The position numbers and the translations under genes were made by a program. Positions 51,214 to 59,882 of a stretch of DNA of 64,000 nucleotides are shown in pieces. Location of the stretch: sequence record MK250027.1; one strand, given 5' to 3'. The notes under the pieces are model-generated. The model saw nothing but the letters and a program-made list of their open reading frames with translations. It had not been told where the DNA came from and searched no databases. The first letter of the stretch is position 1, and each line of letters begins with the position of its first letter.

Positions 51214-51909
51214 TTATTTAGATTTTAATCCTAAACAATATTCTTTATTAATATTATCAATAAAAGAATTAATTCTAATTCTTAGTAATTCTGATTCTTC
51301 TTCAAATTCCTTAATTTTATCAATGTCTTTTTTAATATCATCTATATTATGATTTAACAAATATTCATACGTATTAGGTTTAGATACTTTAAAATAATAA
51401 ATATCTTCATTCATAATATTATTATGATTTAAAGCACATAATAAATGATAAGATTCCTCATTTGCAGATGAACCATGATAACCATATCCATCACTTTCAA
51501 AATATATACATAATGGTCCATAACTATAATGTCCACCTGGATATACAGTTGTTCTTAATGAGTTAATATGAAATGATTTACATATATTATATTTCTTATC
51601 TAAATAATCATTCAATAACTTATTAATACTCATCATTTGAAGATCTAATAATCTATCTAAATTTATATCATTATTCTTACTTATATATACACTGGAAACT
51701 TCTTTTACAACTGAATCAATATCTAATTCATAATTCTCGTCTGTATATAAATGAAGAATACAAAGAAATAATCTATGTATATATTCTTTCTTATCGTAAT
51801 TTATATATGCAGTTTTTAATTTTTCTACATAATCATCTGTCACCTTCTTATTGATGTTATATTCGATATTCTTTATAAATTCTTTTTGCTCATTCTATGT
51901 CATAATCAT
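51214..51909 (-). CDS. Hypothetical protein (231 aa; TAG at codon 5)
   Basis: Track GTG start extends to ATG 51909 (MIMT(Q)NEQKEF), overlapping the upstream TGA in an ATGA arrangement. Confidence 0.65.
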
Positions 51910-52103
51910 TGCTCTTTTATTTTTCTTAAAATAAATTTAGGTTCTTGATAATAAAAATAATCTATTGTTTTATCATCTATAATGTTCAAATTATATAATG
52001 CTTGTGAAAACCTAATATCCTTATATGTCGTAAGATACTTCTTTAATATATCTAATATTTCCATATTAGCATTGTATCTCTCAAATGTTTCTTTAGTTTC
52101 CAT
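51906..52103 (-). CDS. Hypothetical protein
   Basis: 65-aa ORF, translationally coupled on both sides. Confidence 0.65.
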   Translation of the reverse strand: METKETFERYNANMEILDILKKYLTTYKDIRFSQALYNLNIIDDKTIDYFYYQEPKFILRKIKEQ

Positions 52104-52501
52104 TAGAATAACGGATTAATTTTTATCTCGTTTGTTTTACTATATTCTTGTACATCTAAATTCAATGTTTCATTTAGCCAATCAGCAATTAAATGTCTGT
52201 GACAAAATTCATCTGGTTTTTCAAAACAACATAAAGCACAATCTTTATTACCTGTTATAAACTTTAATCTATCTATAAATAAAGTTGGTTCTTTAAATAT
52301 AGATAAAACTTCAGCTTTATATCGTTTTCTAAACTCTTGATGATTGCTTCTACAATTATTCAATATATCTGGTGTAGGTGCGATACTTGCTAAGTTAACC
52401 CCTTTGAAATCATTTGGCGGATAACAACACACACCTATAGGAATAATATTATTCTTTATAAGATTATTAATATTACCAAAATAGCTTGTATATATTTTCA
52501 T
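52103..52501 (-). CDS. DUF488 family protein
   Basis: MKIYTSYF, IAPT, ALCCFEKPDEFCHRHLIADWL. Confidence 0.8.
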   Translation of the reverse strand: MKIYTSYFGNINNLIKNNIIPIGVCCYPPNDFKGVNLASIAPTPDILNNCRSNHQEFRKRYKAEVLSIFKEPTLFIDRLKFITGNKDCALCCFEKPDEFCHRHLIADWLNETLNLDVQEYSKTNEIKINPLF

Positions 52502-52710
52502 ACACGAAATAAACTATATATTTCATTATAAGTTTCTTTTGATATTGGATATGATACTATATTACAATATTCTCCGAAATTCTGATCAACATCTACCATA
52601 TAACCTTGTTTATATGTATCATAATAGCATCTTACTATATGTGAAACATTAACTAAACCTGAATATGTATCAATAAATTTATTATAATTTTTATTTTTTA
52701 ACTTAATCAT
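52498..52710 (-). CDS. Hypothetical protein (70 aa)
   Basis: Likely start is ATG 52710 (MIKLKNK); the longer track version overlaps the + strand T5orf172 gene. Confidence 0.6.
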   Translation of the reverse strand: MIKLKNKNYNKFIDTYSGLVNVSHIVRCYYDTYKQGYMVDVDQNFGEYCNIVSYPISKETYNEIYSLFRV

Positions 52711-52769
52711 AATACTAAAACTATATAACTTAATGTTTATATAATATATAAATGTTTTTGTTTTATTTA

Positions 52770-53093
52770 ATGGGAGGTTTTGTTTATTTAATTTGCGATC
52801 CTGAATAGAATTGTTATAAAATAGGTGTAACAAGGAATATAGCATAGAATAGATTAAAGTAGTTATAGACTGGTAACTCATCAAAATTACATATGGTTTC
52901 AAATATATATTGTGAATATCCTTTTAGACTTGAAACAATGTTACATAATAAATTCAATCATAAACGTGCAAATGGTGAATGGTTCTATTTAGAATAGGAA
53001 GATATAAGTAATTTTAAAACTATATGTGAAGAAACAATATAGATGATTAATGTAATGAAAGATAATCCATTCTTTAGTAAAGATTTAAAATGA
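52770..53093 (+). CDS. T5orf172 / GIY-YIG-like domain protein (107 aa; all six Gln codons are TAG; absent from track)
   Basis: GFVYLI...YKIGVT...NRLK(Q)L(Q)TGN...LHNKF..KRANGEWF. Confidence 0.9.
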
Positions 53094-53135
53094 ATAAAGG
53101 TGATATAAGAATAATAAAACTTATATCACCTTTAT
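53094..53135. terminator. Bidirectional terminator (GGTGATA family)
   Basis: 16-bp stem ATAAAGGTGATATAAG/CTTATATCACCTTTAT. Confidence 0.85.
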
Positions 53136-53137
53136 TT

Positions 53138-53413
53138 TTAATTATCGTTCTTTTCTAATTCCTTATTAATATAATCCATATCTTCATCTGTTAAATCGCC
53201 AAATGATGTGAATAAATCTTTATTAATAAGTCCATATCTCATAAGATATGCTAATGTCATTCTTACAGCATAATCTGCAATATCATAAGTTGTTGTAACT
53301 TCTAAATTTTGTAAATCTGGATTATTACCAACTACATTAGAAACTTTATCAACAATCTTATCACATGTTTTTTTCATTGAATTTAATTCATTATTTGTTA
53401 ATTTGGTACTCAT
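53138..53413 (-). CDS. Hypothetical protein (91 aa)
   Basis: Likely start is ATG 53413 (MSTKLTNNE), downstream of TAAACT-N18-TATAAT. Confidence 0.65.
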   Translation of the reverse strand: MSTKLTNNELNSMKKTCDKIVDKVSNVVGNNPDLQNLEVTTTYDIADYAVRMTLAYLMRYGLINKDLFTSFGDLTDEDMDYINKELEKNDN

Positions 53414-53469
53414 AATATCATTAAATAATTTAATTATTATATTACAACGATATGCATAAAGTTTAGAAA

Positions 53470-53985
53470 TAAAAAATGAGTTATTAGACTTATGCACAAT
53501 CTAATAACTCACAAACACTTTATTCTAAATTTATTATATTTACATCTTATTTAAAGATGTCCCTCATGTTGTTATTCGTACGAACATAAGTTTCTGCCTC
53601 TTATGATTCACTTTAACGTTTGCCCGTTATATAATGAATGTTCATACTGAACTTCGTTATGTCCATAAGGACAAATGGCTGAGAACTTGACCAACACCTA
53701 CTCTCAATGCTGTAACGTTGGAGTTACATGTTCACACAACTCTTATTTCTAAGAGGTTGAGAGCATACCCACGACTTTTGTAAAAAATCGTAAACTCTTA
53801 CTTGATAGGTTTCATAGAAATTCATTTCATACCAACTTCCTTGGAAGGATTCAATGTGTCCCCACATTTAGCACGATACTACTCTTACTATTCTCATGTC
53901 TTTCCTTGCGGTACTCGAATCATGTCTACATATTACAGTAGAATAAGGGTATTTTAACCACCAAGTGTCGCACACTTTTGCTTAT
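53470..53985 (-). ncRNA. Large structured ncRNA candidate B (about 510 nt) with GNRA tetraloops; family unassigned
   Basis: No ORF; visibly higher GC than the flanks; stems AATGTG-GGGA-CACATT, CTCTTA-GAAA-TAAGAG, CC-GCAA-GG flanked by AGTA/AAAG, TGTAAC/GTTACA, TGTCC/GGACA, long-range CTCTCAA/TTGAGAG; TATAAT at 53991-53996. Confidence 0.7.
53477..53511 (-). terminator. Terminator closing ncRNA candidate B
   Basis: TGAGTTATTAGA/TCTAATAACTCA with a T tract on the minus strand. Confidence 0.8.
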
Positions 53986-54039
53986 ACATAATTATATGTT
54001 AAATAAAATAATTTCCAATATTATTATTCTTATTATATA

Positions 54040-54580
54040 TTCTTTAGACTTGAAAGACGAGGTGCGACCAATAGCATTTCTTCCTTTTGAGAAGAACCCA
54101 CTAAATCGCCTTTCTGAAATTTCGTTACACCAATGTAACCATATTTCTACTCTTATAACTTACCTATTGTTTTTCAATAGTAATCTTACCATTTCTGAAC
54201 AAGTTACCAGCTTGTATAAATTATTTGGTTTATAATTTATATAAGATTCATTATAACAATTAATATTAGCACTGGGAATTGGTATTCCGATCACTAAATA
54301 TCCATAAACTTAAACTTCTATTGTATTACTACTCACATCAGTTGTCTATCAAACTTCCAATGTATATAAACTTCATCTCAGGAATTATCCCATCAATTTC
54401 CCATTTATACAGGCACTTACTAAGTTTGGTTTTCTGTAGAATGCTCATTATTCATAAACATCGATAAACATGTCTACTGTTTACCTTTATCACATCACTG
54501 CTTTATCCTTACCCCACCGAAACCATGGGTTTATATTTCAAAGAACTCATCTTGAATAAAATAAATTCATTCAAATTTTA
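54040..54580 (-). ncRNA. Large structured ncRNA candidate C (about 540 nt)
   Basis: No credible ORF; TAGACT-N17-TATAAT immediately upstream; stems CTATTG/CAATAG, GTTACA/TGTAAC, TTCTTC/GAAGAA, TATAAATTAT/ATAATTTATA, GGAAT/ATTCC, ACAAG/CTTGT. Confidence 0.55.
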
Positions 54581-54585
54581 TACTT

Positions 54586-54614
54586 ATTATATAATCAATA
54601 ATTTAAAAAGTCTA
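54586..54614 (-). promoter_or_regulatory. sigma70-like promoter TAGACT-N17-TATAAT
   Basis: Plus strand attata and agtcta 17 nt apart; a second copy TAGACT-N17-TATAAA at 54702-54730. Confidence 0.65.
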
Positions 54615-54756
54615 TATTTTAATAGATATATTTCAAAATTTTTATTGTTAACTGTTATTAAAAATATTAAATATTAAAATCTTTTTAAACTTGATTCTAA
54701 ATTTATATATTAAATTAAATAGAAAGTCTATATTTCAATACAATATTTTTAAAAAA

Positions 54757-54933
54757 TTATTTTAAACAATATTCTAAATCAAATATAAAGTCTCCTAATA
54801 GTTCAATCTTTTTCCTAATAAGTTCTGATTCTAAATCAAATTTATGATCTATACAAAAATTTAATTCAATATATAACTTATCTCTATTAGATTTCCATTT
54901 ATCTATTAATTCTTTCTTTGTTAATTTTTCCAT
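54757..54933 (-). CDS. Small hypothetical protein (58 aa; absent from track)
   Basis: MEKLTKKELIDKWKSNRDKLY... to TAA; starts 1 nt after the upstream stop. Confidence 0.6.
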   Translation of the reverse strand: MEKLTKKELIDKWKSNRDKLYIELNFCIDHKFDLESELIRKKIELLGDFIFDLEYCLK

Positions 54934-54934
54934 C

Positions 54935-55459
54935 TTAAAAATTCATTATATTTACACCAGCAATAGAAAGAAATTTTATATTCTTAATAATTTCACATGC
55001 TTTATCTTCTGGAAATATAATTTTAAAATCATCATAAACATCCATTACTTCTTGCCATTTACATTCATCTCTTGGTGCTTCCATAGAAGTATATATTTTA
55101 GCAATAAGCATTCTTTTTTTAAATTGATTATAAAACGTACTTCTTGGATACATCCCATGTTCATATCCTCCATTTGGATGATGTCCCATCCAATCAGGTT
55201 CAATATAATGACTCCATTTTACTCCTTCAAAATATAAAGTCTTATCTGGTTTTACACTAATAGAAATACTTTTATTTTTATCTTTTTGATATTCTATAAA
55301 TTCAAGAAAATTATTTAATGCATCAAGATATTTCTCTGCATATTCTGCTTCTTCTTTTTTATCAAAAATATAACTAAAACCAAAAGTATTATCTACAACT
55401 TCATATTTTACTTTTGTCTCAATCTTATTAATCATATTATTATTTTTATAATTAATCAT
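54935..55459 (-). CDS. Hypothetical protein
   Basis: Intact ORF; start probably ATG 55459 or 55434. Confidence 0.65.
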   Translation of the reverse strand: MINYKNNNMINKIETKVKYEVVDNTFGFSYIFDKKEEAEYAEKYLDALNNFLEFIEYQKDKNKSISISVKPDKTLYFEGVKWSHYIEPDWMGHHPNGGYEHGMYPRSTFYNQFKKRMLIAKIYTSMEAPRDECKWQEVMDVYDDFKIIFPEDKACEIIKNIKFLSIAGVNIMNF

Positions 55460-55604
55460 TTTCTCCCCATGGTAATTCACTATCTGGATCTATTACATCA
55501 CCACCATGATTACCATCTACATTAAAACCTGATTGAAAATTACTCATAATATTCATGTCAACAGGAATAACATTAATATTTGGTTTTATATAATTCTTTT
55601 TCAT
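55452..55604 (-). CDS. 50-aa peptide with MKKxYxKP leader-like motif (absent from track)
   Basis: MKKNYIKPNINVIPVDMNIMSNFQSGFNVDGNHGGDVIDPDSELPWGEND. Confidence 0.65.
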   Translation of the reverse strand: MKKNYIKPNINVIPVDMNIMSNFQSGFNVDGNHGGDVIDPDSELPWGEND

Positions 55605-55647
55605 ATTAAAATTCTTCAACTCGTTATTCAAATAATGTTTTCTAAAA

Positions 55648-55926
55648 TTATTTAACTGTTACTTTAATTTTAGATTCTGTTACCTTTCCATTAACTACAG
55701 TATTTATAGTATCAATAGAAATAGAATCCAAACTCTTAATGAATACATTAGGAATTTTTTCTATAGTAATTAAACTATCTCTATATTGAATAGAATCTTT
55801 ACTCAAATTAATTGTATCATGTATAGGTTCTTGATTCAAACTAGGAATATGTTTATTAATCCAAAAATATTGAACAGCAATACCAATAATAATTCCAATA
55901 ATAAATGTCCAAAAAATATGTTTCAT
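55648..55926 (-). CDS. Small protein with N-terminal membrane anchor
   Basis: MKHIFWTFIIGIIIGIAVQYFW hydrophobic start. Confidence 0.65.
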   Translation of the reverse strand: MKHIFWTFIIGIIIGIAVQYFWINKHIPSLNQEPIHDTINLSKDSIQYRDSLITIEKIPNVFIKSLDSISIDTINTVVNGKVTESKIKVTVK

Positions 55927-55950
55927 TTTTCTATATTATTTAAAATAAAA

Positions 55951-56157
55951 TTAAACTTTTAAATTAACTAAATCTTTATACTTTATTTCTTTATACTTTG
56001 TTTTATTAATAGATATAAAAATAGGCTTATCAGTATAACTTTTATAATAATTTAACGATTCGTCTTTACTAATAAACCACTTTGTTTCTTTATCTAAAAT
56101 TTTTCCAGATAAACTTCTTCCTAATCCTATCCGAATAATAATATTATTTTTCAACAT
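55951..56157 (-). CDS. Hypothetical protein
   Basis: 68-aa ORF next to the gap; start uncertain. Confidence 0.45.
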   Translation of the reverse strand: MLKNNIIIRIGLGRSLSGKILDKETKWFISKDESLNYYKSYTDKPIFISINKTKYKEIKYKDLVNLKV

Positions 56158-56199
56158 AATTAAAAATAATTTTTCAAAAAGAAATTTATAAATTAATTA

Positions 56200-56632
56200 N
56201 NNNNNNNNNNNNNNNNNNNNNNNNNNNNNNNNNNNNNNNNNNNNNNNNNNNNNNNNNNNNNNNNNNNNNNNNNNNNNNNNNNNNNNNNNNNNNNNNNNNN
56301 NNNNNNNNNNNNNNNNNNNNNNNNNNNNNNNNNNNNNNNNNNNNNNNNNNNNNNNNNNNNNNNNNNNNNNNNNNNNNNNNNNNNNNNNNNNNNNNNNNNN
56401 NNNNNNNNNNNNNNNNNNNNNNNNNNNNNNNNNNNNNNNNNNNNNNNNNNNNNNNNNNNNNNNNNNNNNNNNNNNNNNNNNNNNNNNNNNNNNNNNNNNN
56501 NNNNNNNNNNNNNNNNNNNNNNNNNNNNNNNNNNNNNNNNNNNNNNNNNNNNNNNNNNNNNNNNNNNNNNNNNNNNNNNNNNNNNNNNNNNNNNNNNNNN
56601 NNNNNNNNNNNNNNNNNNNNNNNNNNNNNNNN
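56200..56632. other. Assembly gap (run of N)
   Basis: About 430 N characters. Confidence 0.98.
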
Positions 56633-56651
56633 NTTTATAATTTGTTGTAAA

Positions 56652-57374
56652 TCAATTCTTTAACTTATTTACTGTATTATTAAATACATTATTAAACTCT
56701 TCTTCTGTTATATAAGACATCTTTTCATCTAAACGTTCATCCAATACGTCTTTAATATCGACTGATTCTCTTTTAATCATGAAATAATCAGATCCGTCTA
56801 ACCATGATTTTACTAATACTCTTGTAATATCTAAATTACCTTGATAATCTTTATCTATACCATGAATCTTTACATACTCATATACAGGTATAAATTTATC
56901 TGATATTTTTTCATCTTTTTCTTTATCAGATAAATTTTGTGTTTCTAAATCATCAATGAATTTAGTGAATAATGTTTTATTAAATTCTATACGAGTTGTT
57001 CTGTTCTTTAAATATGATACAGGTAAAATCGGTACTTCTGTTGTAATGGGGAAATCATCACTTAAAGGACATATTTGTTCTACAACCCAAACGATATATT
57101 CATTATTAACATTGAATTTATTTAGATTATATGTTTGTCGTTTATCATGACTTAAATTCCACACTTTATCAGAATAAGGAATGACCGCAATATATGTTTC
57201 ATTAAAAATATCTTTTCCTAATTGTTCAGATGTAACTTTACATTTATTTGATTCATCATCTCTATGATAATTGATACAATATAATTTTACTCCATCAGGA
57301 ATTAAGATTTTATTTTCACATGATTCATATGCAAATCTCCAAATCTTATATTCTTTATATTTTGCTTTACTCAT
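56652..57374 (-). CDS. Hypothetical protein
   Basis: Intact 240-aa ORF. Confidence 0.75.
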   Translation of the reverse strand: MSKAKYKEYKIWRFAYESCENKILIPDGVKLYCINYHRDDESNKCKVTSEQLGKDIFNETYIAVIPYSDKVWNLSHDKRQTYNLNKFNVNNEYIVWVVEQICPLSDDFPITTEVPILPVSYLKNRTTRIEFNKTLFTKFIDDLETQNLSDKEKDEKISDKFIPVYEYVKIHGIDKDYQGNLDITRVLVKSWLDGSDYFMIKRESVDIKDVLDERLDEKMSYITEEEFNNVFNNTVNKLKN

Positions 57375-57391
57375 TATTTACTTATATTATT

Positions 57392-57700
57392 TTATCTTCC
57401 TATACAATCATCATCTCCCCATCGGTTTTTAATTACTAATCCATTATCATTTATAAAACAATTACATTTCATTCCAAGTTGAATATATAATGATTTTTCA
57501 TAATTTATTGTTATAGGAAGTTCACCATATATAGTGTATGTGTTATTTTTATTCATAATACATATATTACCATATGTTTCAGGATATTTTGGATATAATT
57601 TATTGCGCTTTGCAAAGGCGATATTTAATTCTAAGATATGAATTTTTATATAATTTGGTATTTCATCCATATCTTTTTGTTGAATAGTTTCGTTTTTCAT
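57392..57700 (-). CDS. Hypothetical protein
   Basis: Intact 102-aa ORF. Confidence 0.65.
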   Translation of the reverse strand: MKNETIQQKDMDEIPNYIKIHILELNIAFAKRNKLYPKYPETYGNICIMNKNNTYTIYGELPITINYEKSLYIQLGMKCNCFINDNGLVIKNRWGDDDCIGR

Positions 57701-57720
57701 ATATTTAAAATAAAACTTAA

Positions 57721-57770
57721 GAAAAACTTAAGAAAATGATTAAATTCTCTATGTTTTTCTTAAGTTTTTC
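57721..57770 (-). terminator. Inverted repeat / probable terminator
   Basis: GAAAAACTTAAGAAAA/TTTTCTTAAGTTTTTC. Confidence 0.6.
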
Positions 57771-57854
57771 TAAGAAATTTTGATGTATTTTTCAAACGAG
57801 TATACTCCTACTGTAAATTTAAAAATACTCGTTTTAGATACTTAAAACAGTACA

Positions 57855-58505
57855 TTATTTTTGATTAACACTTGAGTTATATTCAGCTCTAACTTTCTCA
57901 ATTGCATCACACATATTTACAGACTTTCCTGTATTCTTATCAATCGTATTACAATCATCTTCTGGATCACCGACAAGTTCTTTGTATACTTCATATGCCT
58001 CTGGAAATTCATCCTTCAACTTATTAACAGTAGTAATATTATTCAATACACAAAGAACAGACTTTCCCCATTTTGCAATATCAAACATTTTCATAAGAAT
58101 CTGTTTGCATTCATTAAACAAATCAGGATGATTACTCTTAAGATATTTAAGAACATTCTCTGAATTATATCCTGAATTCTTTGTATCATTAAACATCTTT
58201 AAAAATACATTATGAATTTCAAAATCAGGATAATAAAAGCAATTCAAGCATTCACAACGTTTTGGCTCTTCTCCTTTCTCAAAGAAATAATGTCCATAAA
58301 TGCGAACAGTATTCATATCCATAAATTTTTCGTGGTCCTTAATAAAATCACGAACATCCTTTGGTACTTGATTAAACAAAAATCTAGAAATCTCTTCAGA
58401 CTTCTCCTTAATTTGTGGAGTAATTTCCTTTGCACAACGATTACGATACATGCGATTTGCAATATGTTCTCTTACTTCTTTAGTTAACTTCTTATATGCT
58501 ACCAT
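57855..58505 (-). CDS. Hypothetical protein
   Basis: Intact 216-aa ORF. Confidence 0.75.
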   Translation of the reverse strand: MVAYKKLTKEVREHIANRMYRNRCAKEITPQIKEKSEEISRFLFNQVPKDVRDFIKDHEKFMDMNTVRIYGHYFFEKGEEPKRCECLNCFYYPDFEIHNVFLKMFNDTKNSGYNSENVLKYLKSNHPDLFNECKQILMKMFDIAKWGKSVLCVLNNITTVNKLKDEFPEAYEVYKELVGDPEDDCNTIDKNTGKSVNMCDAIEKVRAEYNSSVNQK

Positions 58506-58537
58506 TTTTTACTAATAATTAAAATGTTAAATATATT

Positions 58538-59095
58538 TTATTTTTTTCTCTTTACTTTAGTATATGGATCATTCCATACGCCTTCAATAATCAATTTACC
58601 ATGTGGAATATTAAATTTTGTTTCAATATCCTCTATAGTTACCGTATATTTTTTTGAATTCTCTTTATCTGAATTAATCTTATTTCTTAATTCTTTTTCT
58701 TTTTGCTTACGATATTCATTGCATTCAATAGGATTATCAAATAATGCAATATCCCATTTATTAGGATTAACATTCCGAGATACCTGATGAATACCTAAAT
58801 TATAAGGGATCATAGATTTTACTTTTGTATATGATAATTTATTTTCACGAACAATTTTATCTATTAATGATTCTACTGCAGGTGAATATGGAGTAAAGAA
58901 AGCATACTTATTTTTATGTTCATCTAATTTTACAATTACAGGAACAATAAAATTAAAAGATACTTTCCCCTTATTCAATATAATAGGGCATGCCCATATT
59001 AACTTATTAAAATCTTTACTTAAAAAATCAACATAAGGTGTAAAATCATTAGGCATCAATAAGTTATCTAATGATTTAATATTAATAATTCTCAT
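58538..59095 (-). CDS. Hypothetical protein (probable paralog of 59165-59854)
   Basis: Intact 185-aa ORF with a shared C-terminal motif. Confidence 0.7.
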   Translation of the reverse strand: MRIINIKSLDNLLMPNDFTPYVDFLSKDFNKLIWACPIILNKGKVSFNFIVPVIVKLDEHKNKYAFFTPYSPAVESLIDKIVRENKLSYTKVKSMIPYNLGIHQVSRNVNPNKWDIALFDNPIECNEYRKQKEKELRNKINSDKENSKKYTVTIEDIETKFNIPHGKLIIEGVWNDPYTKVKRKK

Positions 59096-59164
59096 ATTTT
59101 CTTATTTTGTTAAAATAATATAAACATTTTTAGTATATTTTAATATAATAATTGTTAACTGTTA

Positions 59165-59854
59165 TTAATATAAATCTCGATGAAGAGATGAATCAAATAA
59201 ACAATTCATAGATTCATATGAATCAACAATTATAAGTTCATCTGGTTTAATACCTAATAAATTTGTAATATCTGTAATTGTATATACATGATGTCCATCT
59301 GTTTGTTTCTTTAACATTTTATAGTAATTCTCAAATGCTTTACGATAACCTTCAGCATCTTCGTATGTAGCAAAAATTTTTGCATTCTTTGCAGAATTCT
59401 CTAAAAATGTTAATTTTGATTCATTATCTTTTTCATATACATTCAATGTAATCCAATCATAACGAACATTAAAAGTTAAATCGATCTTTTTCTTATTAAG
59501 TTCCTTTGCGGATATTGAAGTGATACCTAAGGTTGTACTAAATTTATTAATAAGATTATATGTACTAATTCCTATAAGTGAGTAATTTTCACGATTGGGA
59601 TATACAGAATGATCAATATTATTCTTACGAATAAATGCAGGAATAATTTTATTGTTATAAATTCTATCATTCCTATATTGAATAGTACAAACCCATACAA
59701 TACGATATGGAATATTACAAGTAACTGGATTATTCATTACTTTCTTAATATTCTCATCTGATGTGATATAATTGTCAAGTTCTTTTGTTGTATCAATAAA
59801 GAACTTATTATATGAATTTAATTCATCACGCAATTCATTTAAAGACTTTTTCAT
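59165..59854 (-). CDS. Hypothetical protein
   Basis: Intact 229-aa ORF. Confidence 0.7.
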   Translation of the reverse strand: MKKSLNELRDELNSYNKFFIDTTKELDNYITSDENIKKVMNNPVTCNIPYRIVWVCTIQYRNDRIYNNKIIPAFIRKNNIDHSVYPNRENYSLIGISTYNLINKFSTTLGITSISAKELNKKKIDLTFNVRYDWITLNVYEKDNESKLTFLENSAKNAKIFATYEDAEGYRKAFENYYKMLKKQTDGHHVYTITDITNLLGIKPDELIIVDSYESMNCLFDSSLHRDLY

Positions 59855-59882
59855 TATCTATTGTTTTTTAATTATTCATTAT

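Noticed and set aside
52711-52902. 5' extension of track ORF 52498-52902
   Set aside because: Overlaps the clearly conserved T5orf172 gene on the + strand; ATG 52710 is the better start.
53470-53985. Functional group II intron
   Set aside because: GUGCG start is present, but no domain V catalytic triad, intron-encoded RT or interrupted gene was found; kept only as an ncRNA candidate.
53978-54467. Track ORFs 53978-54235 and 54279-54467 (+)
   Set aside because: Atypical composition, no promoter support; they overlap the structured minus-strand block.
48150-54580. tRNA, tmRNA, RNase P RNA or group I intron in the non-coding blocks
   Set aside because: No cloverleaf/T-loop, GGGGCUG...CCACCA ends, GAGGAAAGUCC or P7 motifs were recognised by eye; needs cmscan to exclude formally.
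56200-56632. Biological meaning of the N run
   Set aside because: Scaffolding gap; its content is unknown and could hide a gene, repeat or RNA.
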